Shown one piece after another: positions 12,801 through 24,540 of a DNA stretch of 64,000 nucleotides. The notes below the pieces were generated by a model. It saw nothing but the letters and a program-made list of their open reading frames with translations, had not been told where the DNA came from and made no database searches. This stretch comes from Raillietiella orientalis (lineage: Eukaryota). How positions within the stretch are numbered: the stretch's first letter is position 1; each line of letters starts with the position of its first letter. The stretch lies in assembly GCA_036172245.1 (NCBI GenBank), contig JAYWIR010000022.1, positions 682,001 through 746,000 on the forward strand, read 5' to 3'. The position numbers and the translations under genes are program-made.

Positions 12801-15559
12801 CCACCAAGCCACTCCAAGTTTCCTGGTCAGCTCCAGGCGTTTCGCGGCGCCTCTTGCAGCCGACAAAGGGCAGCGGCTCCCGCACGCCGTGCGGCGTCCT
12901 TTCGCCGCGAGCTGACGCCTACATTCACTTTGCTGACGGAACATCCTGAGCAGTTTGCTGTACCCATTATCGACCTCCTTGCTCACCGCCTTCCCGCATC
13001 CGACGTAATGGACCCTTTTGGAGTCGCGAGCGAAGAATGCGGGATGCTTGCCAGGCTCTAATGCCAGTACGGGTGGGGCGCGCGCGGATTCATTTATTTT
13101 TAACAGAGTGCAGTCAGAAGGCAAACTGCAGTCTTCCTTATGACCATCAACAACTCTCCACCGCAAGCCGCGACGATCATTACTTTCGGATCCTTACTGC
13201 AGTCGCAGTGCATTCCTCGGGATTCGATTCACGGGAAGCAGCACGAGTCAAGGGTGGGAGCGGCGACTCCAAGACGGTCCTCTCTGCAAACGGCCCTCAT
13301 CCCGGGTGCTTCCAGTAGCTCCCTGACTTACCTTTGCGTCAGGAGGAACCGGATTAGGATCGTCCGGGGGGAGGGAGGGGGAATGAATCTTGCAGGGCTT
13401 AGGTGCTGAAACTGCATCATTCGCGGGTTTCCCTGCTGACGCATTCCTCCCAACGGGATCACCGCTTATACCCACATGAGCCTGGGACTCCTCGCGTAGA
13501 TCCTGATTAATCGATCGCGTCCATCTTGAGGCTGCTCGCATTACTTTCGCGTTTCCTTTCCTCCTCTCGACACAGCTTCCTCCTCTATCGCAAATTTCGC
13601 CGTTACTTGCTTTCCATCTCGGGTTTGATGGGACATCAAGGTCGCAATTGGTCCTTCAAGCGCTGCAGATGCCCCATTAAGCCGTGTCAGGCTTTCGCGA
13701 TTGTGTGAAGAATGGAATGTGATTTCGGTCCGCAGGTTCGGTTCAGAGCAACAAACAGGCTTGGGTAAGGAGGCGCTCGCAAGTGGTCCATCACTGCGGG
13801 TCGTGAGCAAGCGGAAATCCCAGGAGGGAGGAAAGCGGTGGACGTGGCGTGCGCTGAACGTTTCGGAGGCTGCTGCCAGGTGGCGTAGTGTCCGGTGGTT
13901 TCCTAAAATCCCAGCTGCGAGTGCCACCAACTGCGTGTCTGTGAGTGTCGGCAGGGGAGGAAGCCTTTGACAACCTGCAGCGATGGATGTCCGAGGCTCC
14001 TTTCCTGAAGTGGAGAAAGTTTTGGCCTGCCGAGCCCGCCCGTTTCGCTAGCTCTGGAGTTCCTTTCCCTGGCAATCGCCCCCTCTTTTGTCTTGGCTGC
14101 CGCCATGAGCCAGTTGTTGAAACCGAGATGTTCACTTGAGATAGGGCAATTCGCAGCCGCGAGCGAAAGTCGCAATCGGGAGCACATCCAATGGATCACT
14201 GCCACTCTCACTATGATGCAGGCGACCGCCATGGGGCATCATGCGAGCATCCGAGGAGCATCTCCTCATCTGAGGTCATGCCTAACCTTTGGGGCCTGCG
14301 TATCCTCGGGTACATAGGGAAACCGAGAAAACAGTCGAGTCCGCGTTTGCTGCCGGATGGCGCATGTGGTTGCCAGAATGCACCCAGGGAGTGAACTTGG
14401 CTGGAGCACATCCTTGCAAGAATTCTTCTAAACTCAAACCTGCAAGATGCAAAATGTTTCCCAGTGATGCTCCGAGTCTAGTGAAAATCTCATCCTGTAA
14501 AGTGGGGATCTGTATCCTCAAACAGGAAAGGGTTTTCTGGGAGAGGAAGGATGGCAAATTTCGGAGTCCCAGGGAGGCAGGGGAAACGATAGAGTTTCAC
14601 GATCCCGTCCCAAGAATTAGCTCTCTCGAAATCAAGATGGAGTAGCAGCAGTGAGTCTTTTCTTCTTCCTTGAAAGAGACATGGGTTCTACAAGGGCTGT
14701 ATTCCTTCCTGTCACCGTTGCCGAGGCGATCGATCCTCTGACTGACCTCGCGCCTCGGACTGTTCATGAGGTTTCTCCTTCTCCGCTTCAACTGTGCATT
14801 GTCCTCACTGGGTTGCTCAAGAGCGCTCGTTGACCTTCGTACCTGGAACCAATGAAACTTTAAACATGGCTCGTGGTAAACAGAGGGACAACTTGATCCT
14901 TTTTCAGAGTGGTCCATAGAGTGGAGCGTAAGTTGGCCCCGTAACAACGGTTACCTTTGGATTACCAGTAGATGCACACACTGCTCGTGACTCCTATGCT
15001 ACACAAGACGACCAATGCCTGCTGATCCGACGTGAGCGTTCCAAGTTTTGGATGCGCGTTCTTCTCACACTTAGTCGTTCTCAGTCCCTGTCGTTCACCG
15101 AAGTTGGGTGGGAACTCACAACGGTGGATTTCGTCACGAGTGGCACGACACCAAAGTTTTCTAAAGATGTGAAAAATAAAACTCGATGAAGAGATCTTTG
15201 ATCCATAATCTAAGAATGCAATGAAGTGCCTCTTCCGGCCTCAGTTTTCCAGTCGAAGCGGACCTCAACTGCAAACTGGCACTGACCCATCACGAAATGA
15301 AACCTGGGACTTCATATAGAGCGTCAAAGAGCCCATTCTTTTCTTTCGTCAATCTGTCTTCATGGAATGTTGTAATTCGGTGATAGGAGATCTCCATCTC
15401 TTCTAAATTGGAACATCTATCTGTCCAGCAGGAATCAGTACATCGAATTGAATCCTTCAATCTCTTCTCCCTCTCAAAGATACTGATGTGTCTTCACGTT
15501 CCCCTCTGTTTGAAACAAGAAGTCCCTCAGTCCACTGAGTAGAACCGCTTGCTCATTAC

Positions 15560-15820
15560 TCTTCTTTGGTGATTCAGTTCCTGGAAGGACCCGGAGGGTC
15601 GACTGCCAATCCCAACCACTCATCGGAGACATGCGGTTTGAACCACCACCGCTGCCGCGTCCAAATGAATACAGGCCAACCATTGTCATCTTGCAGGAGG
15701 AACTCGCGAACCCACGACGCACCCATCTCTCGAAGTCGATTCTTTTCGAGTATTCGAATCCGCAACGCCTGGCGCCACGTGCGGAGACCGCAACCACGTG
15801 GCCTCCAACGCGGGCATCCC
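15560..15820 (-). repeat. Dispersed repeat copy 1 (partner 42585-42835), coding-like, unknown family
   Basis: Same-orientation similarity over about 250 bp, e.g. gtcgattcttttcgagtattcgaatccgc vs gtcgattctttacgagtattcgaacccac, and gagaccgcaaccacgtggcctccaacgc vs gagaccgcagccacgcggcctccaacgc. Confidence 0.85.
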
Positions 15821-17384
15821 GCCAAAAAGCAACCGTTGGCGGCTTTCCTGGTTCGGCAAACGCAGGGCAGATTTCCTTATCCAAATCTTTCTTGATGGGC
15901 ATCGAAGAAATCTTCAGTTTTCGTTTGGTGATGGATTCTTAATCCTTTCCATCCTGGCAAGGTGGAAATAATGGTTTCTCGTGGAGGAATGGCGATCTTT
16001 CAGGAGGTGACGTGATTATTCGGGAAATGTGGAAGGTGAATTCCTCGTTACCTCCAGAAAGATTGCTGAACTCATACGAACAGGTGATGTAATCCTCTCC
16101 CTGCAAACCCTCGTACAGTCGGCACATGTGTGTTGGCTTGGAAAAGGGACCATAGAATCATCTCTCTAAATCACGAGGAAATAATTCATCCCGGAGTTTC
16201 ATTTGGTAAACTATTCAGAGATAAGTGTCTTTTTTAGAGGTCGTATTTCTTCCTAATTAGATCCTGGATGTGCTGGAAGGAGCCCGTACAAATCGTCTGT
16301 GTCGAAAAGACACGATAACAACGGAAGCTGATTCCATACGATCGCTGTCTTGCCAGCTAAGGTTAAGTGTTCCAGTGACCATTATAAGCATGCTGATAGC
16401 TCTACGTTGGTGTCCAACGAATATTTTAGTATGGACTTTTATTTGAAGTGGTACGTGCATAATGGACCAGTGCACGGAGTCTCATTCCGGGATTTGTGCT
16501 TTGTGGGATGGAGGCACGACGCAGTCTTTGCGTCCCATGCCAAAGATATCCGGTTGTTTTGCTTCAGCATGCCTTGAGTATCCAGCAAGCCAGGCCGATC
16601 GGCCTATCCCCTGCCCATCCTCGCAGGGCATCCAGAATTCATCATGAAATGAGCTTGCGTTTCAAGTGATTCGAAGATTCGAAGAACCGCAAGAGTGCTT
16701 GCGAACCGGACCCCGTTTTTCGGAATCAGCACTGAGACGGACTCTGATAAGAGCTCTTGAGACCCGCATGTTTTGCTGCCGGTTGAATTTTCGATCTGCT
16801 CGGAGTCAGGGATGAGCTTAGGATACGCTGGAGCGACAAGAGGAAGGCTTCAAGCAGACTCGAAAAGGAGGAGGGGGGAGGGCATGCAAAAGGTTCACAT
16901 GGCCAGGCACAGAAATAGAGCGGCCAGTGGAGCAAAGGAGTGATCAAGAGATTCTGCTGCGGCCATCACGGGGAATCTTTCTCCAGAGACCAGTAGCCCC
17001 GAGGAAAAACAAAAACAAAAAACGCAGCAGGCATTTAGCGTGGATCGCTCATCTGGATGCCATGGACCGCACCAGCCGGATGTTCTTCGCCCTGCTCCAT
17101 GCCAACGATCTCAATTTCGCCACAGTACGTCGTGCAGCAAGATGTTGCTGCGTGGTCGGGAAGAACGGTTCTGGGATTGCAGTGGAGCTCCCTGAGGCAT
17201 TTTCAGGGAACGGAAGTGTTCCGCTTAACGATCCCCCTTTGACCCTCGGAGCAGGAACTGTGCGACGCATCCACGCAGCAGTCAGGTGAAAGTCTTCCAA
17301 CTCCTGGGATTTCGTCACTCTCCCATCACTTCACCGCCGCGGTGTCACAACAGGCTGGGGACGCACTGTTTGCCCTTCCGGTTC

Positions 17385-17660
17385 GTGAGGCAAGTCTCCG
17401 CCGCAAGTCCTCCAGGGCACTGCAGTCCAACAGGAGTGCAGGAACGATTCCATTGCCCCGCACCGGAAACAGTTCGAGACTTTTGAAGGACCCCTTTCCC
17501 CCACCCGCTTCGGACTTGCTGCGGCGCTTCTTCACTCAAGGCGAGTCAAAGACGGGAGCTGTGATGGCAACATCACTCTGGTGGTGCTGTGACCACCACG
17601 TACCTCGCATGCCATCGGAAGATATTCATCTTGAATTGCACGACGTGGCAGCACCGCCTC
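17385..17660. mobile_element. Subfamily B LINE 3' fragment with an inverted segment
   Basis: 17385-17490 encodes NCFRCGAMESFLH/LLDCSALEDLRRRL on the minus strand. 17504-17660 continues ASDLLRRFFTQG...KTGAVMA on the plus strand. The two parts are collinear in the copy at 19100-19295. Confidence 0.8.
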
Positions 17661-18465
17661 TCAGCAGCCGGAGCCAACACTCGGCACTTGGCTGCGTCCT
17701 CGGGGGACGGTGAACTTGAGGGATCGAAGGCGCATTTCTCAGTAGCGTCCCACGTCGCGCAACCATCACGCTGCAAGCCTGCGCGAAAGTGCTAAAAGGC
17801 TTTCCTCTTCCTCTCGCCGCTGCTTCCGGATCCCGAGGGTTCGGTCCGCGGCACTTTCCCTGCAGTCACGTCGTCGGCTACCTCCAGAGCGTCTCGCAGT
17901 GTTCGGAGATGAGTGTGCCCAGCACTGGTGTCCGCATCAGGTCCTCACGCGGCGCTGAGCGCTCAGTTGGTTCTCATGTCTCCGTAAAGGACCGCGCCGG
18001 ATGAGATTGCGGGTTTCGAAGCCCTCCTTCCCCCCGGAAAGAGGACGTTGAGATGGCTCCGGGCTTTGGAAGTGGATTATTGGGACGATGTGCTCGCGTC
18101 CGCGACCGACTGCCGCCCTGACTAGCCCGGACCCCGAGGGAGTCTGTCCCCCCACTCCACGCGCACCCGCAGCGTAAAAACCTTCTGAACCTCGTGTGGT
18201 GGCACTGCCGATCCTCCCCAATATCCCCAGGGGATGAGGAAACTCTTCTCTCGTGCTTTGGCCAACCACAAATGCAACGCAAAGAACAAGGAAGCAGACC
18301 AGAAGGCCAGAAGGACGTGGGATGCAGCAAACGTGAATCGGGTTGGTCCGTCATCCCCTTCGGAAAGACGGCGTCTGTTGAGCATGCGTCCTCGTCGCAC
18401 TTTGCAAAAGAAAGGCTAGTTCTGGCAACGCCGAGGCGATCTGGATCGGAGCTCCAGGGTAGCAG

Positions 18466-18861
18466 TTGTTTCTTTCCACTGCCGCTCATTTGCGCTCATG
18501 TCTTGGGAAACCTCCGAGCGCTAGTCCGATGGAAACCGAGTACGGACACTTGGATGCCGACGAAGTCGATTGCCGGAAGCTCTACAGAGCGAAGAGCAGC
18601 CCAAAGTACCTGACTGGAACGGAGAGCAAAGAGCAGATCTTCAAGGAGTTCGAGAACAATATGGAAGCGCGTCATTACGGATCACGAGCAGCAGGAACCT
18701 CCCAACAGATCCTGCAGGTTCCAGACGCCGATGCATCTGACGTTTGGAAGCAAAAAGGTCAGGCCTGGAGGAATGTCAGCGTAGCTGGAGACCCTGTTAT
18801 TGGAAAACACGGAATGTATTCCCCGGGCGCTTTTTCCTCGCGATACAAAGGACCTGTTTGA
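18466..18861 (+). other. Candidate coding segment or exon of unknown protein
   Basis: Protein-like composition (EVDCRKLYRAKSSPKYLTGTESKEQIFKEFENNMEARHYG...DVWKQKGQAWRNV). No recognised motif. Confidence 0.25.
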
Positions 18862-19099
18862 CACTTGAGAGCCGAATCTTGGACCTGGTATCAGCAGCTC
18901 GCGTGGCAACAGCTGTTTGCCAGCCAAAGAGGTTGACGTTCTCTGTAGCAGATCATTAATTAGAGCAAAATGAAAGCCTCGACGGAAGGGTTGTTGTCTC
19001 CCTCTTCCTGAAGCAACGGCAATTTCTCATCCGATGAATTTTTTTGGAATGACAGCACCAGCGATGTTGAACGCAGGATATACCATGAGTTTCCTTCTT

Positions 19100-19295
19100 C
19101 CTCTCCTCCAAAAGCCTGAACTGTTCCAGATGTGGGGCGATGGAATCGTTCCCTCTACTCCGGCTGGACTGAGGTGCCCTGGAGGACTTGTGGCAGAGAC
19201 TCGATCCTGCAGTCCGTCAGCCACAGAATCCTTCCGCTTCGGACTCGCTGCAGCACTTCACTCAAGGCGGGCTGAAGACGGGAGCCGTGATTTCA
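19100..19295 (+). mobile_element. Subfamily B LINE fragment (zf-RVT region), truncated at both ends
   Basis: Reads NCSRCGAMESFPLL...ALEDLWQRL...SASDSLQHFTQGGLKTGAV. Alignable to 20250-20420 and 47330-47510. Confidence 0.8.
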
Positions 19296-19315
19296 CATCC
19301 GGATGCGCCGGGGAG

Positions 19316-20050
19316 TTTATTACTCTTACAGGGATCGATGTAGTCAAAAGGCCCACCTATTCCAATTATTGCACTAAAAAAAAAGAGCGGAAGCCGACAA
19401 GGTCCATCACGTCCACGAAAGGAAGGAAGGATAAAACAAAAATAGAAAAAAAAAGAACAAACTATAGCAATAATAAAAACTAACAAAAAAAAAAATTAGT
19501 TGGGAAGGGAAGGGATCACATTTCGTGGTGGGTGAGGCCTCTGCAACCGTTGAAAGATGCTGGCGAGCTCCTACTTCTCTTTTTCGAGGTGGGCCGCCTT
19601 GAAGCTATCCGCAGGAAGCGGATGGCGTGCATGGCATCCCCCCATCGTTCCGGCCTCTCTCGGCGGCGCACTTCGCCGTGACATCACCGCGCACGCAGCA
19701 CAGCGCTGCGATTGCGGCTGCGGGCGTCATGGCGTCCCGCACGAAGAGGGACCTCAAAGAGTCTCTGGGATCGTTCACGAGGTGCAGAAGGGACGCAGAT
19801 AACATTCCCACAGTTCCCGGAGGTCGCCGCACTTCACTATGAGGGGGGGGGTCTCCTCTTCACACTTGGCACACTTCTGCGATGCGCCTTTCCTCGTCCA
19901 GTGGTGCCGGCGCTCATTGCACGGGAGACCCCAGTGCAGCATCAGCAGCGCCGATTGCTGCCACTTGAGAGGAAGCAGCTTCCTGTCTATAAACACGGGG
20001 GGCACTTCGAACTCCGGAGTCCTGATTGCAATGAGATGTTGCAACGTCGC
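19316..20050 (-). mobile_element. Subfamily A LINE 3' fragment
   Basis: LPLKWQQSALLMLHWGLPCNERRHHWTRKGASQKCAKCEEE..KCGDLRELW (ORF 19775-20044), then PRDSLRSLFVRDAMTPAAAIAALCCVRG (ORF 19605-19832). T-rich UTR at 19430-19500 and AATAAA at 19321-19316. Confidence 0.9.
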
Positions 20051-20072
20051 AGTCCTCTCCGTGAATTCACCA

Positions 20073-20192
20073 CCAGCTCTAGGAAGAAAGAGATGGTCGA
20101 AACCAAAAGACCTCTGTCTCTAGCCTTCCACGTTGTCCCTTCCCTCCGTTCCCTACTTCCTTAGAAGCCGGCCTGCGTGCCGGCGGTCATCT
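20073..20192 (+). mobile_element. Subfamily B 3'-UTR stub
   Basis: taggaagaaagagatggtcgaaaccaaaagac...ccctactt...cctgcgtgcc..ggtcatct matches 20595-20724. Confidence 0.8.
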
Positions 20193-20843
20193 GTTTCTGC
20201 ACTGGAGGGCTTCCAGTGCAATCAGAGCAGGCACCTGGTTTCCGGGGGAGCTGCTTCCCCAAACCGTTGAAGATGTATGGCGATGGAATCGTTCCCACAC
20301 CTCCCGTTGGGCTGAGGTACTCTGGAGGACATGTGGAGAAGACCAGCCTCGGCTCGCCGCTATTCGGAGGACACCGCCAAGGACGTGCTGCGACGGCGCT
20401 CTTTCACGCAAGGCGGCTCAATCGTAACGATCTGTTGCTCCTGCGCGCCATCGTCGCAGCCCGCTCCGTGGTGTAGTCTCGCTCGCAGCGGAGGGAGACC
20501 ATCCGCATAGCAGCCGCCTCGATGAGGACAGCTGCAAGGTGGCCTCACCTCCAAGAAGTCATCAAGGAGATCTCCACCTTCCACAGCCGCTTTTAGGAAG
20601 AAAAGAACGATTGAAACCAAAAGACACCTTTCCCTATCCTCCCGTCTCTTTTTTTATTTATTCATTGTCCTTTCCCTCCGCTCCCTACTTTTTTATAAGA
20701 GTGCCTGCGTGCCTGTGGTCATCTCCAATGAACATATTTTTTTTTTCTTTTGACACCTCTTGCATTCGGAGGACGCCTCTCCCGCCAAATTGGGGTTTAC
20801 TTTTTTTCCAAACAAACGTCCCAGCATCGTCGGTTTAAAAAAC
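20190..20843 (+). mobile_element. Subfamily B LINE 3' fragment with full UTR
   Basis: LFLHW/GFQCNQSRHLVSGGAASPNR*RCMAMESFPHL..*GTLEDMWRR...TAKDVLRR...MRTAARWPHLQEVIKEI. The UTR has CCTGCGTG at 20704-20711 and ends at an A6 run (20837-20842). Confidence 0.9.
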
Positions 20844-23149
20844 CTCCAAAAGCCAAAAGCCCAGCAGCCACTGTTCCTCTTCCCTTCAGTGTAAAAGAAA
20901 ACCAAACTAAACCAGTGCTTAGTCAACCTTTGGTTAGCTGACCATCCTGACCTTAATCTGCCTACGATGCAGTTTTCACCTGATCACGCCTTTGCTTTGC
21001 CAGCTTGAGTCTTGTGAGGTTCCCCGTTCCCCATCTGGGAGCTTGGTAAGTGGACCCCTTCTGACGTTTGCGACGATTTCCCTGCGTCGGAACTGTCGAT
21101 CGGAGAGGACTTCATCTAGAAGGACAGCTCCCCACCCCGAGTAGGAGGCGGATGCCGGCTGCGAAGCCGGTAGTTCTTAGACAGAATCCAGACGCGGTGG
21201 TTCTGGGGCCAAAAAGTCGAAGCCGTTGCAGCGAACAAGGGGACCGCTGCCTCTTCCAGTACGCACTCCCCAGATGAAGTGCAGTAGGAAGGAAGAAACT
21301 CCTGCAGCGAATCGGTTCCTTTTGAGATAGCGATCGTCTCCTGTCCCCCCCTTCCTCTCGCCCTCACCCCGTCTCACCATCCCTCGACTCTGGACTAGAG
21401 CATCCTTCGTTCGTTCGAGAGGAGAGCGGGTGGGAAAAAGCAACAGCGCCGACTCGCTTCTCGCTTCTCCTTCATCTGGAAACGGCAATAAAAACTCATA
21501 CAACGAGGGAATCAATTTGTGGTGATTGATGGACCGCAGTTTTGGTGACTGTCGGGAAGATCTATTTAAACCAAGACAGATGGAACGCTCCGGCGAAAAT
21601 TTCCACCAGGCTGCTGACGAAAACAGAATCCGGTACTCAAATATCTCGCCGCAGATTCCGAGGCCGACGATCCATCTAACTTCGCTCGAACTGCTGTTTC
21701 GGAAGTATTCATAGAAGAATCATCCACTGGCAATCTTTCCGTGGGAAGCAGGAGCCGTGGATTCTCGCGATAGTGGAGAGCGGCTTTGCGTTATCTCGCG
21801 GGGTGGGGATACGGTAGCGGGGGAACTCTTCCCTCATCCGTCGCCGAGGAACCGGGGGGACGGGTTTTCAGAGGAGATTCGCCCAGGGCCCCGACGCGCA
21901 GCGAGCCGATTGAGTCCGCAGACCGCATCCGATGGAGAGAGCCGGGGTGAAAAGGTCCCATTTCGGGGTTCCGCGCGCGCCGGCGGGACGGATGCTCCCG
22001 GGAAGCCGGCCGATTCCCGCACGCTGTGAGGCAGGCAGGACAAGCGAGAAGCGGGAGCCTCCTCGACTTCCTTTTCGGGCTGTGGCGATCTTGCCGCTCC
22101 ACGGTGGCCCTGAGGCACCGACGTCCCTGAGGGTCACGAATGCCGCAGACCCGAGTTTTCCACATTCTCATTTGGTTCTTCGGGAGCAGGAAGAGGCGGC
22201 CTCTCGGGGATGGGGGAGAAAGACGTGGAAAAGATGAGGATCCCGGGTGCAGCCACGCAGTCCGTCTCGCGGCGAAACGTCTGTTCTAAATCGGCGGATT
22301 CGGAGCGAAGTTCCTCAGAGGGGACAAGGTCTTCAGGTCTCTGGTATCCCGGGGCTAATAGGATGAACCTGGATTTTCGGGTTCCAATCAGCTCTTCTCT
22401 CGAGGGAGCAGCAAATGAGGGAGGAAACGGCCCCTGCTTTTCCGACCGGCCGGGCACGGCGACTTCGAGAGGTTCGCGCCGTTCTTTCCGCTGTCTGGAA
22501 GGAAATTCCATTCCAGGTGACGCTCAGGAACGTGGAGGTCCTCCAGGCTTTTTTTTTATTTTTTTTTGCGGGGGAGGGGGGTTTCGGGTGCTTTTTATTT
22601 CCCCCTTGGACGCAGGGGAGGACGAAGCCGTCTCTGTCCCCGCCGCCTCCACGAGTGAGAGCGTCCTCCTCCCCAGTGGGGTGGCAGTGACTTTCCGCTC
22701 GGCCGCGCACCTCCTGTGGCGGTGAAGGCGCCGCTACCGGCGGGCCAGAGTCTTCCTCCGCCGCTGGCTCGGGGGGATGAGGGGAGAGGGGAGGGGACTC
22801 TTCCCCTCAGCCCTTTTTGCCTTAGCTCTCCCTGAGGGGCGACGGTCGTCCTCATCCTTCCCGCCCGCAGTCCGCGGCAGCGGGAGGTTCCTGCCCTGTG
22901 TTCCAGCGGGGGGCCTCAGGGTTTCCCGGCCTTTCGGGAAGAAGGAGAGGGGATAGGGAAGGGGCTTTTTTTCGCCGGATTGCTCCGGGGTGCGTCCATT
23001 GCAAAAGGCGCGCATCGTTTCCGCGTCCTGCCCCACTTTGCAAGGTCCTTCCATCGTAGCGACGTTGCCATCTCACTGCGTTGGTAGTTGCTCTTGGAGA
23101 CTCTTGCTGCTTGCCAGCAGCCCGCCGAGAGAGTAGTACGCTGAAAGTG

Positions 23150-23670
23150 AAGTGTACAAGAGAGGAGGAAGAACAGGGGAGGAGGAACAAACAAACCACC
23201 TTCCAAAAATGTATGCCAATGTCAAGCAGCGAAAAGACTCCAGAAGAACTGGGGGGTGAGCGCGAGGGGACGAGCGAAGGAGGCTCCCCTGGTATCCTCC
23301 GCACCTTTTGCAGGATGCCGGCGAGTTCCTCCTCGCTCTGAGTGACATGAGGCCATCTCAAGGTCACCCTCAAAAGGATCATGATCGGGATGACCTTTAT
23401 TATCACCGTGGCTTTTCGCAGCCGCGTAAGCAGCACCGAGCCGCGATGGTCGCCTCAGGCGACATTCCATCCAGAGCGAAGAGGCACCCCATCAGGCTTG
23501 CCGGCCTGTCCCTCGGTGAGTCCGGGGACTCGGAAAAACGTTCCCAAGAATAAGGAAATCATGGGGGAAGACGCCCTGTAGTGCAGGTACGGGAACGCTT
23601 CCCTTCCACCGCGTCTGGCACAGTCCGGGGCCGCACTTCCCCTGGTCCAGTGATGGAGGCGCGCTCCGAC
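23150..23670 (-). mobile_element. Subfamily A LINE 3' fragment, strongly decayed
   Basis: RLHHWTRGSAAPDCARRGGREAFPYL / LFALDGMSPEATIAARCCLRG / LLRVTLRWPHVTQSEEELAGILQKV match the subfamily A C-terminus. Confidence 0.8.
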
Positions 23671-24093
23671 GATACGGACATGTCGTTCTTTCTCCGTGCT
23701 TTCTGCCTAGTTGGCTTTCCTTTTTCAGCAGCTTCTTGTTCATCTGGATAGAGGAGCAGCGGTGTTGCAATGGCAGGGATGCCAGCGAACACCGCTAAAG
23801 GGGGTGAGAGCTGAAGTAAGAGCTCCATCAACCCCCTCCCGTGGAGACGGAGACGGTAGATTCTGTGGATTCAACTCCCGGAAAAGAGACGACATGGAGC
23901 CAGGTCGAGGAAACGGCGACGCCCGCTGATCATGCTGAAAGCAGGGCCTACACGTACCAAGGATACCGATCGTCCAGCACCATGATACAAGGAAGACTGT
24001 CTCGGTCTCGCATCATCTGCGCGCTCTTCTGCAGAAGACCTGCTCAGCCTTGACGTGAAGGGGTAGGGGAGATAGAAGGTCTCTCGGCTGTGA

Positions 24094-24540
24094 GTGGGGA
24101 GGGCAAGTGGCCGAGCACACCTGCTGGGATACGGTGCTACTCAGCACCCCAATCAGCATCGGGGACGGCAAACCTCTGCAGCTCACGTTGGACTGCTCGG
24201 AGGTGGTCCACCGAACGGGGAGGAAAAGCTTCGGGTGAACGGAAAAGAAGTCCTCCGTCAGCTACCGGAACGCGCGACTCTGCTGCTTCGCTGCTTGGGC
24301 CAGAGCCAAACCAGATTCAAGGGGCGGCTCTGTGGCTTGGCCACAGCGCGTGTCATCCTTCGATACGGAAAGTAGCTTCCCTACAGACTGCGAGCGGGCC
24401 CAGGACGCGTCGACTTGTGGTTCCCAGGGAATTTGCGAGCTGGCGGTCGCTGCAGCAAGACGAGACACCTGAAAAGAAGGTGCTTGAAACTAAGTGTTCC
24501 AGCTGCGAGCTGTTGGGACGCACGCAGTCAGTGAGCCTCC
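24094..24540 (+). pseudogene. LINE ORF1 (gag-like) remnant with two degenerate CCHC zinc knuckles
   Basis: ATARVILRYGK*LPYRLRAGPGRVDLWFPGNLRAGGRCSKTRHLKRRC, then after a frameshift TKCSSCELLGRTQSVS. The spacing fits two tandem Cx2Cx4Hx4C knuckles, as in Tx1-type ORF1. Confidence 0.6.

Noticed and set aside
21330..21470. ESALLLF match to the subfamily A zf-RVT start (minus)
   Set aside because: The similarity covers only about 40 nt and does not continue convincingly.
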